A stretch of 28,714 bases of DNA from a virus (taxonomy: Duplodnaviria > Caudoviricetes): IMG/VR virus record IMGVR_UViG_3300010376_000723, positions 1 to 28,714 of that record; one strand, 5' to 3'. Position numbers and translations under genes: made by a program. Below are positions 17,498-24,743 of the stretch, in pieces (the stretch's first letter is position 1; the number at the start of each line of letters is the position of its first letter). Under the pieces are notes generated by a model, which worked only from the letters and a program-made list of their open reading frames with translations, was not told the origin of the DNA and ran no database searches.

Positions 17498-17534
17498 AAA
17501 AGAAAAGCCCCGCGGCATTGCTACCGCGGGGCTT
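17498..17534 (-). terminator. Rho-independent terminator
   Basis: AAGCCCCGCGG-8nt-CCGCGGGGCTT followed by TTCTTTT on the minus strand, 25 nt after a stop. Confidence 0.85.
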
Positions 17535-17558
17535 AACCGGCTTAGGCGCTAGGGCGGC

Positions 17559-17975
17559 TTACAAGCTTTCCCACCGCGCGTCACCGAACGCGGCGCCATA
17601 CACAAGCCGGCCGCGGCGCGCGACCATAGGCGGCTTTCTAATCGGGTCCGCGGGGCCGATAAAACCATAGCGGTCCGGGGCCGAGTCCAGCGTCGCGATG
17701 TGGCGGTTATGCTCCGCCAGTCGCCACGCGTTGAACGCCGCAACCGTTTCCGCCGGAATGGCGAAAGAGGTATCGGCTAACGAGGCGCAATGTTCGCGGT
17801 GAAGTATGCCAATCTCTTGTAAGCATTGCTGGCGGTAGGCGTCGCCATTCAAGATTGACCACTCGTAGGAGTCGAGTCGCTGGCGAAGTTCGGCGGTATA
17901 GCTACCCGTCGAGTCGGTAACATCGAACCAAACGCTACCAAGATAGGCGGAGCGCCGCTTAAATGTCGGTTGCAT
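17559..17975 (-). CDS. Hypothetical protein (138 aa)
   Basis: GGAGG SD; 1 nt after the upstream stop. Confidence 0.75.
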   Translation of the reverse strand: MQPTFKRRSAYLGSVWFDVTDSTGSYTAELRQRLDSYEWSILNGDAYRQQCLQEIGILHREHCASLADTSFAIPAETVAAFNAWRLAEHNRHIATLDSAPDRYGFIGPADPIRKPPMVARRGRLVYGAAFGDARWESL

Positions 17976-17976
17976 G

Positions 17977-18180
17977 TTAGGCGCCTCCGTTCATGAACGA
18001 CTCGTCATTAGCCGCCGCGGCGAAGTCGCGCGCCGCTTGTTCGGCCGCGTCGCCAGTCAACATTGCCTTGGTCGCGGGATAGTAGAACACGCGCGTTCCT
18101 TTCGGAATGAAATTGCCGGCACCATCCTTAGCGGGCCAACGCGTGATAAGCCAACGCGGGTCACGGGCATAACGGGACAT
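17977..18180 (-). CDS. Hypothetical protein (67 aa)
   Basis: AAAGGAG SD before MSRYARDPRW. Confidence 0.75.
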   Translation of the reverse strand: MSRYARDPRWLITRWPAKDGAGNFIPKGTRVFYYPATKAMLTGDAAEQAARDFAAAANDESFMNGGA

Positions 18181-18281
18181 AGAAAGACTCCTTTGCGTTT
18201 GCTGCGATAGCCGCGGCATGCGGCGGACTCGTCAGTGGCGGCACAACCGCCATACGCGCGCCGCTGGCGCGCGTTTCGTCC

Positions 18282-18626
18282 TTAGTAGCCCATTGCCTCC
18301 GCGGCGAAGTCGCGTTGATAGGCGGGGCCTAATTCAAGCCAACGCGGGTAAACAACGGCCGAGTCGTCAGGGTCCGCATTGCCCGCGCGGAGGTCGCGGA
18401 CGCGACAAAAAACAACACCGCCACGAGTCAGGCGGCCATCGCAATCGCAACCGTCAGATTGCCATTCCTCCGTCAGGGTCACGCCGTCGAATGACCAGCA
18501 ATAAGAGTCGCGATGCCAACCTTCGTCGGTTGGCCCACCTTGTGAATAATGCAACGACTCGTCGCGGTGAATCGTAATCAGGACCGGTGAGGTTCCGTAA
18601 TGCCAAAAGCGGATTTTATCGCGCAT
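18282..18626 (-). CDS. Hypothetical protein (114 aa; PTDEGW...DCDGR)
   Basis: CAGCAAAGGA leader before MRDKIRFW. Confidence 0.75.
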   Translation of the reverse strand: MRDKIRFWHYGTSPVLITIHRDESLHYSQGGPTDEGWHRDSYCWSFDGVTLTEEWQSDGCDCDGRLTRGGVVFCRVRDLRAGNADPDDSAVVYPRWLELGPAYQRDFAAEAMGY

Positions 18627-18699
18627 GATCGTTAGTCCTTTGCTGTTAGTTGACTTGGCAAATTGCCTAACGCCGCGGCATTGGCGCCGCGGCAATGAG

Positions 18700-18954
18700 T
18701 CAGAACGGAATATCGTCGCAGTGCAAATCAACGCCGCTTAACCGCAACGCGGCTAACCGGTTATCTGACTCCCGCACAAACGCGCGAAAGTCCGCGAATA
18801 CTTGGCAAACATAATCGGCCGCAACGTCGATAGAGTCGCGGCCGTTATCTCGCGCGTTCAAGTCTGCCGGATTGACCAGCGTTGCCTTGCCGCCTAACGC
18901 GCGCCGCGTCGAATTGCGGCGCGCGTTCAAATAGTCGATTGACGGCCGAGTCAT
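18700..18954 (-). CDS. Hypothetical protein (84 aa, C-terminal DDIPF)
   Basis: Abuts the ardC stop; AGG SD. Confidence 0.7.
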   Translation of the reverse strand: MTRPSIDYLNARRNSTRRALGGKATLVNPADLNARDNGRDSIDVAADYVCQVFADFRAFVRESDNRLAALRLSGVDLHCDDIPF

Positions 18955-19878
18955 TTAGGCCGCCTTGCGATTGTTGTAAGCCGCGGCTTCCTTTTCAGCG
19001 TCGGTTAGCTCCGGTTCCGGCATATCGGCAATTGCCTTGCCGCGGAGATAGTCCGCCGCGGTTTGCGCACGATTGGCCGCGGTGAAGATTGCGCGCGGAT
19101 CATGCTTCAAAAGCTTTAGCCATGACGCCAGATAGGCGGCATGGTTTTCTGTTGACGCGCTGTTGTCAAAACCGAATTCCGCACAGAGGAACGCGGCGCC
19201 AAGTTCGGCAATTAATTCCTCGGCAGCATATTGCTGTTCACCGAACCGGCCGGAGAGGTCGCGATTGAGTCGCGACTTGTGACCAGTCCAGTGCACAAGC
19301 TCATGAAACACCGTGCCGTAAAATTCCGGTTGCGAGTGAAAGTCGGCAAAGCCGGGAGTCGTGATAAAGTCGCGCGAAGGAATGTAGCAGGGTTTACCCT
19401 TGCCTTCGCGAAAGTCCGCGCCAGTGGCGGCAATGAACGCGTCGGCTAATTCTTCGCGCGAGTCGGGATTTGCCTTACGATCTTTGGCCGGACCGAACCT
19501 AACCTCCGCCGGCAAATTTTCGCATTGGTCAACGTTGAAAACGCAAAATTCACGGATGAAAGGAATCCGCTTTGTTTCGTCGGTTTGTTTGTCCTTAATC
19601 GCGAGTTGTTTGAAAAAATACAACCGCGTCGATTCTTCGCCTTGCTTCACATAGCCGCCGGCTTTGGCCGCCGCGTCATAGGTAAGATAGCGCGGCGCTG
19701 CATAGCCTTTGTCGGCGGACAGCCAATAAAGCAAAACGTTGATGCCGCTATACGGCCGATTGGTCACCGCCGACATTGGAATTGCGGTGCCGGGATTCCA
19801 TCCGCGAACCCATGGCAGGGTTCCAGACTCAAGCTTTGCAACGATTTTGTCGGTTACTTTGCGATAGAGGTCGCGCAT
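18955..19878 (-). CDS. ardC: ArdC-like antirestriction protein (ssDNA-binding N-domain + zincin metalloprotease-like domain), 307 aa
   Basis: LESGTLPWVRGW, RPYSGINV, VFNVDQC, FHELVHWTGH, YAAEELIAELGA, HAAYLASW; AGGAG SD before ATG 19878. Confidence 0.93.
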   Translation of the reverse strand: MRDLYRKVTDKIVAKLESGTLPWVRGWNPGTAIPMSAVTNRPYSGINVLLYWLSADKGYAAPRYLTYDAAAKAGGYVKQGEESTRLYFFKQLAIKDKQTDETKRIPFIREFCVFNVDQCENLPAEVRFGPAKDRKANPDSREELADAFIAATGADFREGKGKPCYIPSRDFITTPGFADFHSQPEFYGTVFHELVHWTGHKSRLNRDLSGRFGEQQYAAEELIAELGAAFLCAEFGFDNSASTENHAAYLASWLKLLKHDPRAIFTAANRAQTAADYLRGKAIADMPEPELTDAEKEAAAYNNRKAA

Positions 19879-19920
19879 TAGTGGACTCCTTTGCTGGCCG
19901 CCGGCATGGCGGCTTCGCGC

Positions 19921-19950
19921 ATAGTGCACCTAGTGCACTCCAGAAGTCAA
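19921..19950 (-). promoter_or_regulatory. ardC promoter with palindromic operator in the spacer
   Basis: TTGACT-N18-CACTAT; AGTGCAC-CTA-GTGCACT at 19923-19939. Confidence 0.7.
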
Positions 19951-20026
19951 CGGCGCTTTACATTAGCTAATGGCAGCGTCACGACGTGACGGTAGTAAGT
20001 ATATGATATTGCTGATATATTTGCCG

Positions 20027-20064
20027 AAAGCGTCACATGTGACGTTATGTGACGTTATGTGACG
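20027..20064. repeat. Second iteron-like array (AAAGCGTCACA + 3x TGTGACG at 10-bp period)
   Basis: Same CGTCACA core as 13993-14029; adjacent AT-rich 19993-20022. Confidence 0.7.
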
Positions 20065-20444
20065 GTTAAGCGCCACTTTTGTCGAAAAACAGTGACTCGC
20101 CAGAATCGAGTCAAGTGCAAAACAGCACACTTGGCGAAATATTTTTTGCCAACAAAACCAGCACAAGAGTCGTTCGGATAAATTCACGCTTTAGAACTGC
20201 CGGCGCCGAACTAAAAAACCGTGCTAGCATGACTCTTCACTCACTTGGCGTTAGCCGTGAGTCACTTGCTTAAGCTCTCCGCCTCACTTGCTTTGCACTC
20301 TGTGCACAAAGCCGCAAATCAGTAACCTTGCACATCGCCGCCGAGCAAAGGCGAGGCGGGTGCAAAGCGTTGACGCAACCACAAGCGGTTAGCCGTCTCG
20401 CGATGTGTCGCGGACTCTGCCCGCGGCAAGCCGCTTTAGCGCGA

Positions 20445-20747
20445 TTAGGTGGAACGAGGCGGCCAGCGTCTAGACCTTACCCGCGCTAGATTGATTGCAC
20501 TCTGTGCACGCCCCTCTGCGGTCTTAGGCCCCGTCGATAGGCCGCCATGGTATCGGCAACGGTTCCGGCCGGGAACGCATGGCATGCGGCAATAGGACCG
20601 TTTTAGATACCTTTCGACGGCCGATTGACCGAACCGCGCCGCGCGGGCAAGGCGCCCGGGAGTCTTTGCAAGTCGCGCGCCGCATAACCGTTTGATCGGA
20701 CTAGCGTCGCCAGTCATGTCGGATAACCGGGCAGACTTTCGGGACAT
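20445..20747 (-). CDS. HGGxSTG-domain protein
   Basis: LCGAR...CRMPCVPGRNRCRYHGGLSTGPKTAEGR. Confidence 0.85.
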   Translation of the reverse strand: MSRKSARLSDMTGDASPIKRLCGARLAKTPGRLARAARFGQSAVERYLKRSYCRMPCVPGRNRCRYHGGLSTGPKTAEGRAQSAINLARVRSRRWPPRST

Positions 20748-21051
20748 GGTTCCATCCGGTTATGGTTCGGCCGGGACCTCCGCCGGCAAGGCGAACTCAG
20801 GAACGGGCCGGGGCCGGGGCCAGGAGTGTAAATTTTTATCGCCCCTCCCCGCAACCGCACGCCATTTCAAGTCTTGTGCCTATAGTGCATCAAGCGTAGC
20901 TTAACTCCGCGGCGGCAGAGCATCCGTGAACCTGTCAGCAGTGGCGATGCCGTCGTGGGCGGCGGATAGGGTTGCCTGAGCCCGACAAGGCCAGGGTTGA
21001 ATGAGTCTCCAAGCCTCCGGCTTTCCGCCGCACTGATGTGCAGGAGCCGCA

Positions 21052-21228
21052 ATGAGTAAGCAGCACTGTCCTGACGGCGAGTGTCGGCAAGCCGACTTAC
21101 GCGCGGCAGTGCTGTTCGCGGCCGGTAAGTTTCATGAGGCGGCGGCGCACTTGCGCGAACTGGACATGCCGTACAGCGCCGAGGTGATGGAGAAGTTCGA
21201 ACGCGAGACAATGGCGAAGGTAAAATGA
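21052..21228 (+). CDS. Hypothetical protein (58 aa, not in the track)
   Basis: AGGAG SD; MSKQHCPDGECRQADL...MAKVK; ATGA coupling. Confidence 0.65.
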   Translation: MSKQHCPDGECRQADLRAAVLFAAGKFHEAAAHLRELDMPYSAEVMEKFERETMAKVK

Positions 21229-21503
21229 TGGCAGCAACTGAGGAACGGCGGCGTACACTGTCGCAGGCGCAGAAGGAGCGTTGGGCGCGGGTCCGGCGCG
21301 AGCGGCAGAAACAAAATTTGCCGCCCGATACGTTGCCGCCGCCGGAGCTACCGCCACACCGCATGGTCGATGAAGGCCCGACCGGCGGCAAGTACGGCTG
21401 GACCGCGCGCTGTGTGTGCGGCTGGTATTCGTCCGGGCATATTTCGGAACTGGCGGCCAAGCTGTCGTTGTTCCGGCACCAAGAGGAACCGGAGAAGCCG
21501 TGA
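21225..21503 (+). CDS. Small protein with CxC...H...H putative Zn site (92 aa)
   Basis: WTARCVCGW...HISE...FRH; coupled start. Confidence 0.6.
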   Translation: MMAATEERRRTLSQAQKERWARVRRERQKQNLPPDTLPPPELPPHRMVDEGPTGGKYGWTARCVCGWYSSGHISELAAKLSLFRHQEEPEKP

Positions 21504-21582
21504 GGGTCGCGTTGCAGTACACGACGGCGGCGACCGGGACGTGGTCCGTTTCGGTGGAGTCGTCGCACCCTGAACCGGCGGT

Positions 21583-21807
21583 ATGAGGTTGACGATGCCG
21601 CGCAACCTGACCCGCGAACCGGACGACAAGGCGCGCAAGGTGCCGAAGATCACGGTCAACTATCGGCGCGGCAGCAAGGCCGAACACTGCGGCAATTGTT
21701 CGATGTATCGGCAAGCCGAACCGCAGCGGCAAGCCGGCACCTGCACCCACGTTGCCGGCCTGATCTACGCGGAGGACACCTGCGACGATTGGGAGGCGAA
21801 GAAATGA
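21583..21807 (+). CDS. HiPIP-like 4-Cys protein (74 aa)
   Basis: VNY...HCGNCSMY...GTCTHVAGLI...TCDDW matches HiPIP spacing and aromatics. Confidence 0.7.
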   Translation: MRLTMPRNLTREPDDKARKVPKITVNYRRGSKAEHCGNCSMYRQAEPQRQAGTCTHVAGLIYAEDTCDDWEAKK

Positions 21808-21971
21808 GTACGCCTGAGCTTGAATTTAGGTCATTGGTCTTGCGCGGCATTTGGATTTTGATAGTGCTGGTTTTGCGCGCCGCGATCCGCCGCCCTGGTT
21901 CTATCGAATATCAGTGGCGGCAGGATGCGATGAAATTTCTCAATGCCGATGCAGAGGGGTTTCCCGAATGA
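21804..21971 (+). CDS. Small single-TM protein (55 aa)
   Basis: GGAGG SD; ATGA coupling. Confidence 0.6.
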   Translation: MSTPELEFRSLVLRGIWILIVLVLRAAIRRPGSIEYQWRQDAMKFLNADAEGFPE

Positions 21972-22294
21972 TGAAATATCTGAAACGCGTGTACGAACAC
22001 CGCTACTTTACCTTTGGTTTTTGCGTCATCACCGCCGCGTTGACGGCACTCAACGGCTTCGATGCGTTCCGCGACGGTCGCGCTGCCGTGGCATGTTTCA
22101 GCTTCTTTGCGTCCGGCGTCAATGTCGGCGTCGCGTTGTTTCTGTTCGTGGTCGCCCAGCCACGCTTCAATGCCCGCCAGCGCGCCGAAGTCGAGGCCGA
22201 GTTGCGCAACATCTTCAACGACGTGTTTGCCGACGCCAAGCGGCGCGGCTTGGTGCCGCCCGACGCCGAAGTGGAAAACTTCACGCTGCAATGA
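21968..22294 (+). CDS. Two-TM membrane protein (108 aa)
   Basis: Two hydrophobic helices; coupled start. Confidence 0.65.
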   Translation: MMKYLKRVYEHRYFTFGFCVITAALTALNGFDAFRDGRAAVACFSFFASGVNVGVALFLFVVAQPRFNARQRAEVEAELRNIFNDVFADAKRRGLVPPDAEVENFTLQ

Positions 22295-22301
22295 GGTCAC
22301 C

Positions 22302-22643
22302 GTGCCGTTCGTCATCCGACTATTCCGGTTGCACGGCAAGCCAACGGCCCCGATGCCGCACGCCAAGACGGCGGCTTTGGCCGATGCGGCCATCAAGGCC
22401 GCAGGCGGCAACATCAACAGCCTGTTGGGCGAATATCTACAAAGCTTCGATGTCGAGGCCCACGACGGACGCGGCGAGGCGAATTTCACGGCCGACATTG
22501 CCAAGGCGATGCGGTTCGAGGATCACACCGCCGCCATCGAGGCATACCGCACACAATCAAAGACCCGCCCGCTGCGACGGGACGGCAAGCCGAACCGACC
22601 GCTGACCGGGTTCAACGTCGCGTTTGAGAAGGTGCCGGACTGA
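22302..22643 (+). CDS. Phage hypothetical protein (113 aa; RPLRRDGKPNRPLT)
   Basis: GAGGT SD before GTG; TGATG coupling to the next gene. Confidence 0.65.
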   Translation: MPFVIRLFRLHGKPTAPMPHAKTAALADAAIKAAGGNINSLLGEYLQSFDVEAHDGRGEANFTADIAKAMRFEDHTAAIEAYRTQSKTRPLRRDGKPNRPLTGFNVAFEKVPD

Positions 22644-22894
22644 TGCCTCGCCGCCGCGAAGTGCCGACCGCCCGCGTTTCGCAACTGTGGAAGATGGGCC
22701 TTAACACCCAACAGATTGCGATAGCTCTCGGTCGAGTCGACGGCCAAAGATTCACCCGGCACGCCATCGAGTCGGTGATTTGGCGCGAGCGCCGCTATGG
22801 CGACGCCGACCTGTTTCCGATGCGCTCGCCGGGGCCGTCGCGTTGGCACGATGAAGGCATACCGGAATGGATGCAACGAGCATTGGGGTTGTGA
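22643..22894 (+). CDS. GcrA N-terminal-like HTH protein (83 aa)
   Basis: LWKMGLNTQQIAIALG...TRHAIESVIWR resembles GcrA LWxxGxSASQIAxxLGxxTRNAVIGKVHR. Confidence 0.65.
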   Translation: MPRRREVPTARVSQLWKMGLNTQQIAIALGRVDGQRFTRHAIESVIWRERRYGDADLFPMRSPGPSRWHDEGIPEWMQRALGL

Positions 22895-22895
22895 C

Positions 22896-23111
22896 ATGAC
22901 CACGACTGTTATTTGTTTAGGTCACTTGCCTGACGAACTTGTCGAGAAGTGGTTACAGCATTTGCGCAACTTCGATAACGCACATTCCGGCGTGCATTTC
23001 TCTGTGGCGATGGGCGGCGGCGACATCACCATGGAGGACATGGCGAAGATGTTGCAGCACAACCTTGACCCGCCGTTTGCTCACGTTGATGTAAAAAAGA
23101 AGGAGGCGTGA
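22896..23111 (+). CDS. Hypothetical protein (71 aa)
   Basis: 1 nt after the previous stop; tight packing. Confidence 0.65.
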   Translation: MTTTVICLGHLPDELVEKWLQHLRNFDNAHSGVHFSVAMGGGDITMEDMAKMLQHNLDPPFAHVDVKKKEA

Positions 23112-23112
23112 C

Positions 23113-23373
23113 ATGGCAGGACTTGGCGACGCACCGATTGAAGATAAATACCGCGAGCAAATGCAGAGACTGGCGCAGACGCTGGACGAAATCTTGAACC
23201 CGGACCAAACAAAAAACAAAGAAACCGGCTTTTGTTTGATGATGTTCGACTTTGGCGACGGCCCCGGCCACTGCAACTATATCAGCAACGCCAACCGTGC
23301 CGACGTGGTGACGCTGTTGAAGGAACAGCTTGCCCGCTTTGAGGGTCAACCGGAGGTGACGGGCCGTGACTAA
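23113..23373 (+). CDS. Phage hypothetical protein (86 aa; GFCLMMF...NYISNANRAD)
   Basis: AGGAGG SD. Confidence 0.75.
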   Translation: MAGLGDAPIEDKYREQMQRLAQTLDEILNPDQTKNKETGFCLMMFDFGDGPGHCNYISNANRADVVTLLKEQLARFEGQPEVTGRD

Positions 23374-23638
23374 CGAGGTTAGGACGCTGATTTGCACGCG
23401 TGTCGAGGATGGCGAACCTCATACGCAATCGGTTGTCGGTGTTTGTGCCGAGTGCGGCAAGGGCGTTTGGATTTCCAATTCGTCGCCGCCGCATGATCAG
23501 CAACTGTGTATGCAGTGTGCCCGGGATGAAATTGATGAAATTGAGGAAAAGGGTTTTGCGGAGAATCTTATCATTGAGCCGCTAACGCCGGAGCAGATAA
23601 CCGACATTAAGCGGGCGCTTGACCGCGAGGATGACTGA
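23366..23638 (+). CDS. Zn-finger protein (CxxC...CxxC, 90 aa)
   Basis: CAEC...CMQC; GGAGG SD. Confidence 0.7.
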   Translation: MTNEVRTLICTRVEDGEPHTQSVVGVCAECGKGVWISNSSPPHDQQLCMQCARDEIDEIEEKGFAENLIIEPLTPEQITDIKRALDREDD

Positions 23639-23639
23639 C

Positions 23640-23789
23640 ATGGCGACGATGAAGAAGGGCATAACGGTGCCAGCGCCGGAGTGGTGGAAACACTTGCGGC
23701 CGTGGTGCAAGCGGCAGTTTTGGAAGCGCCAGCGGCAGGACAACAAACGGTTGGCAAAACATGATGACCGAAACGCTGGCGGTAATTGA
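23640..23789 (+). CDS. Small basic Trp-rich protein (49 aa, not in the track)
   Basis: GAGGA SD; MATMKKGITVPAPEWWKHLRPWCKRQFWKRQRQ... Confidence 0.65.
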   Translation: MATMKKGITVPAPEWWKHLRPWCKRQFWKRQRQDNKRLAKHDDRNAGGN

Positions 23790-23997
23790 CGCGCCATACT
23801 TCTATGCCGGTATCGTGCTGTGGGACGATAAGGTGGTCGAGGCGGCCGACATCGTAAAATACATGCGGCGTTGGTCGCGCGACCGGGTGCGCGATTACTG
23901 CAAAATGCGCGGCTGGAAAGTTTCGGTTGTAACCGTACATGAGCGGCATATCGGCGCAACACCGCCGGAGGCGGATTGGAAAGCAAGGCGTCGTTGA
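23761..23997 (+). CDS. Phage hypothetical protein (78 aa; IDAPYFYAG)
   Basis: Protein-like composition, in operon. Confidence 0.65.
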   Translation: MMTETLAVIDAPYFYAGIVLWDDKVVEAADIVKYMRRWSRDRVRDYCKMRGWKVSVVTVHERHIGATPPEADWKARRR

Positions 23998-24283
23998 TGT
24001 AAGCTCTGCTTGTCGCGGCGGTGCCAACGTCCAAAAATCGACCGATGACTGGACGCGCTGTGTACGCCGCACACGCCGCCGCGACACTTGCCCATGTGTG
24101 TGAAAGCCTGGATCATCGCAACGCTGCTGGCGCTGGCGTTTTATGGCGCAATCTACGTCATGTGGCTGGCGGCACAGTAATCCGTAGGAGCTAACGTCGC
24201 AGGGACCCGCCGTTAAGGTGTTTGGCACCTACAAGCATGACGGCAAGGGATTGTGGGTGTGGTACGGGCCGACAATCCAGCCG

Positions 24284-24580
24284 CTAGCGCCCCAACATAA
24301 GGTTTATTTGTTGTAGCTCGATTTGCTGACGGTTCAATTCGCCGGCCAACACCGCGCGTTCGTTGACGTTCCACGTCCGGCGCAAGATGCGCTGTAGTTG
24401 CTCGATCTGTCGGATGATTTGTGCGCGGCGGATTTCAAGCGTCTCAGCGTCACCGATGCTCAGTTGTTGTTCGGGTGCCGGCGCCGGCTCCGTCTCTAAC
24501 CGCACCGGCTCGATGTCGCGCAACAGTCCGCAGCCGCCGAGTGTCAGCGCCAATAGGACAACACTGTTGACCTTTGACAT
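24284..24580 (-). CDS. Lipoprotein (98 aa) antisense to the operon
   Basis: MSK + hydrophobic core + lipobox LGGC; coiled-coil body. Confidence 0.7.
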   Translation of the reverse strand: MSKVNSVVLLALTLGGCGLLRDIEPVRLETEPAPAPEQQLSIGDAETLEIRRAQIIRQIEQLQRILRRTWNVNERAVLAGELNRQQIELQQINLMLGR

Positions 24581-24635
24581 TGCCTGTGATCCGGCCTGAG
24601 TCGCACGCGCCTGTTCCGGCTCCGTTCATACCACG

Positions 24636-24669
24636 AAAAAAGCCCCGCCGGGTGGGTCCAGGCGGGGCT
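24636..24669 (-). terminator. Rho-independent terminator
   Basis: AGCCCCGCC-11nt-GGCGGGGCT plus U-run on the minus strand. Confidence 0.8.
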
Positions 24670-24710
24670 AAGGTGAGGTTTGTCGAACCCTTCCAGAGAG
24701 CAAGTACCGC
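24636..24710 (-). ncRNA. Candidate ~75-nt sRNA (or attenuated leader)
   Basis: Promoter TTGTAG(24744-24739)-N17-TACTAT(24721-24716); terminator at 24636-24669; no start codon in between. Confidence 0.5.
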
Positions 24711-24743
24711 TAGGGATAGTATCTGAGTCGGTCATGGCCTACA

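Noticed and set aside
20027-20064. CRISPR-like or other spacer array
   Set aside because: Only short 10-bp tandem units with no spacers; no cas, reverse transcriptase or DGR seen in the window
19963-20187. 74-aa minus ORF containing HNVTCDA, echoing the initiator's QSVTSDA
   Set aside because: The similarity is explained by shared DNA iterons; no SD, and composition is not protein-like
21968-22294. Holin assignment
   Set aside because: Two TM helices, but no endolysin or spanin nearby
24094-24180. 28-aa hydrophobic peptide MCVKAWIIATLLALAFYGAIYVMWLAAQ
   Set aside because: TM-like, but no SD and an in-frame stop upstream; could be a remnant, insufficient support
24670-24692. tRNA fragment (GGTTCGA on the minus strand)
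   Set aside because: No cloverleaf or acceptor stem; treated as part of the sRNA candidate
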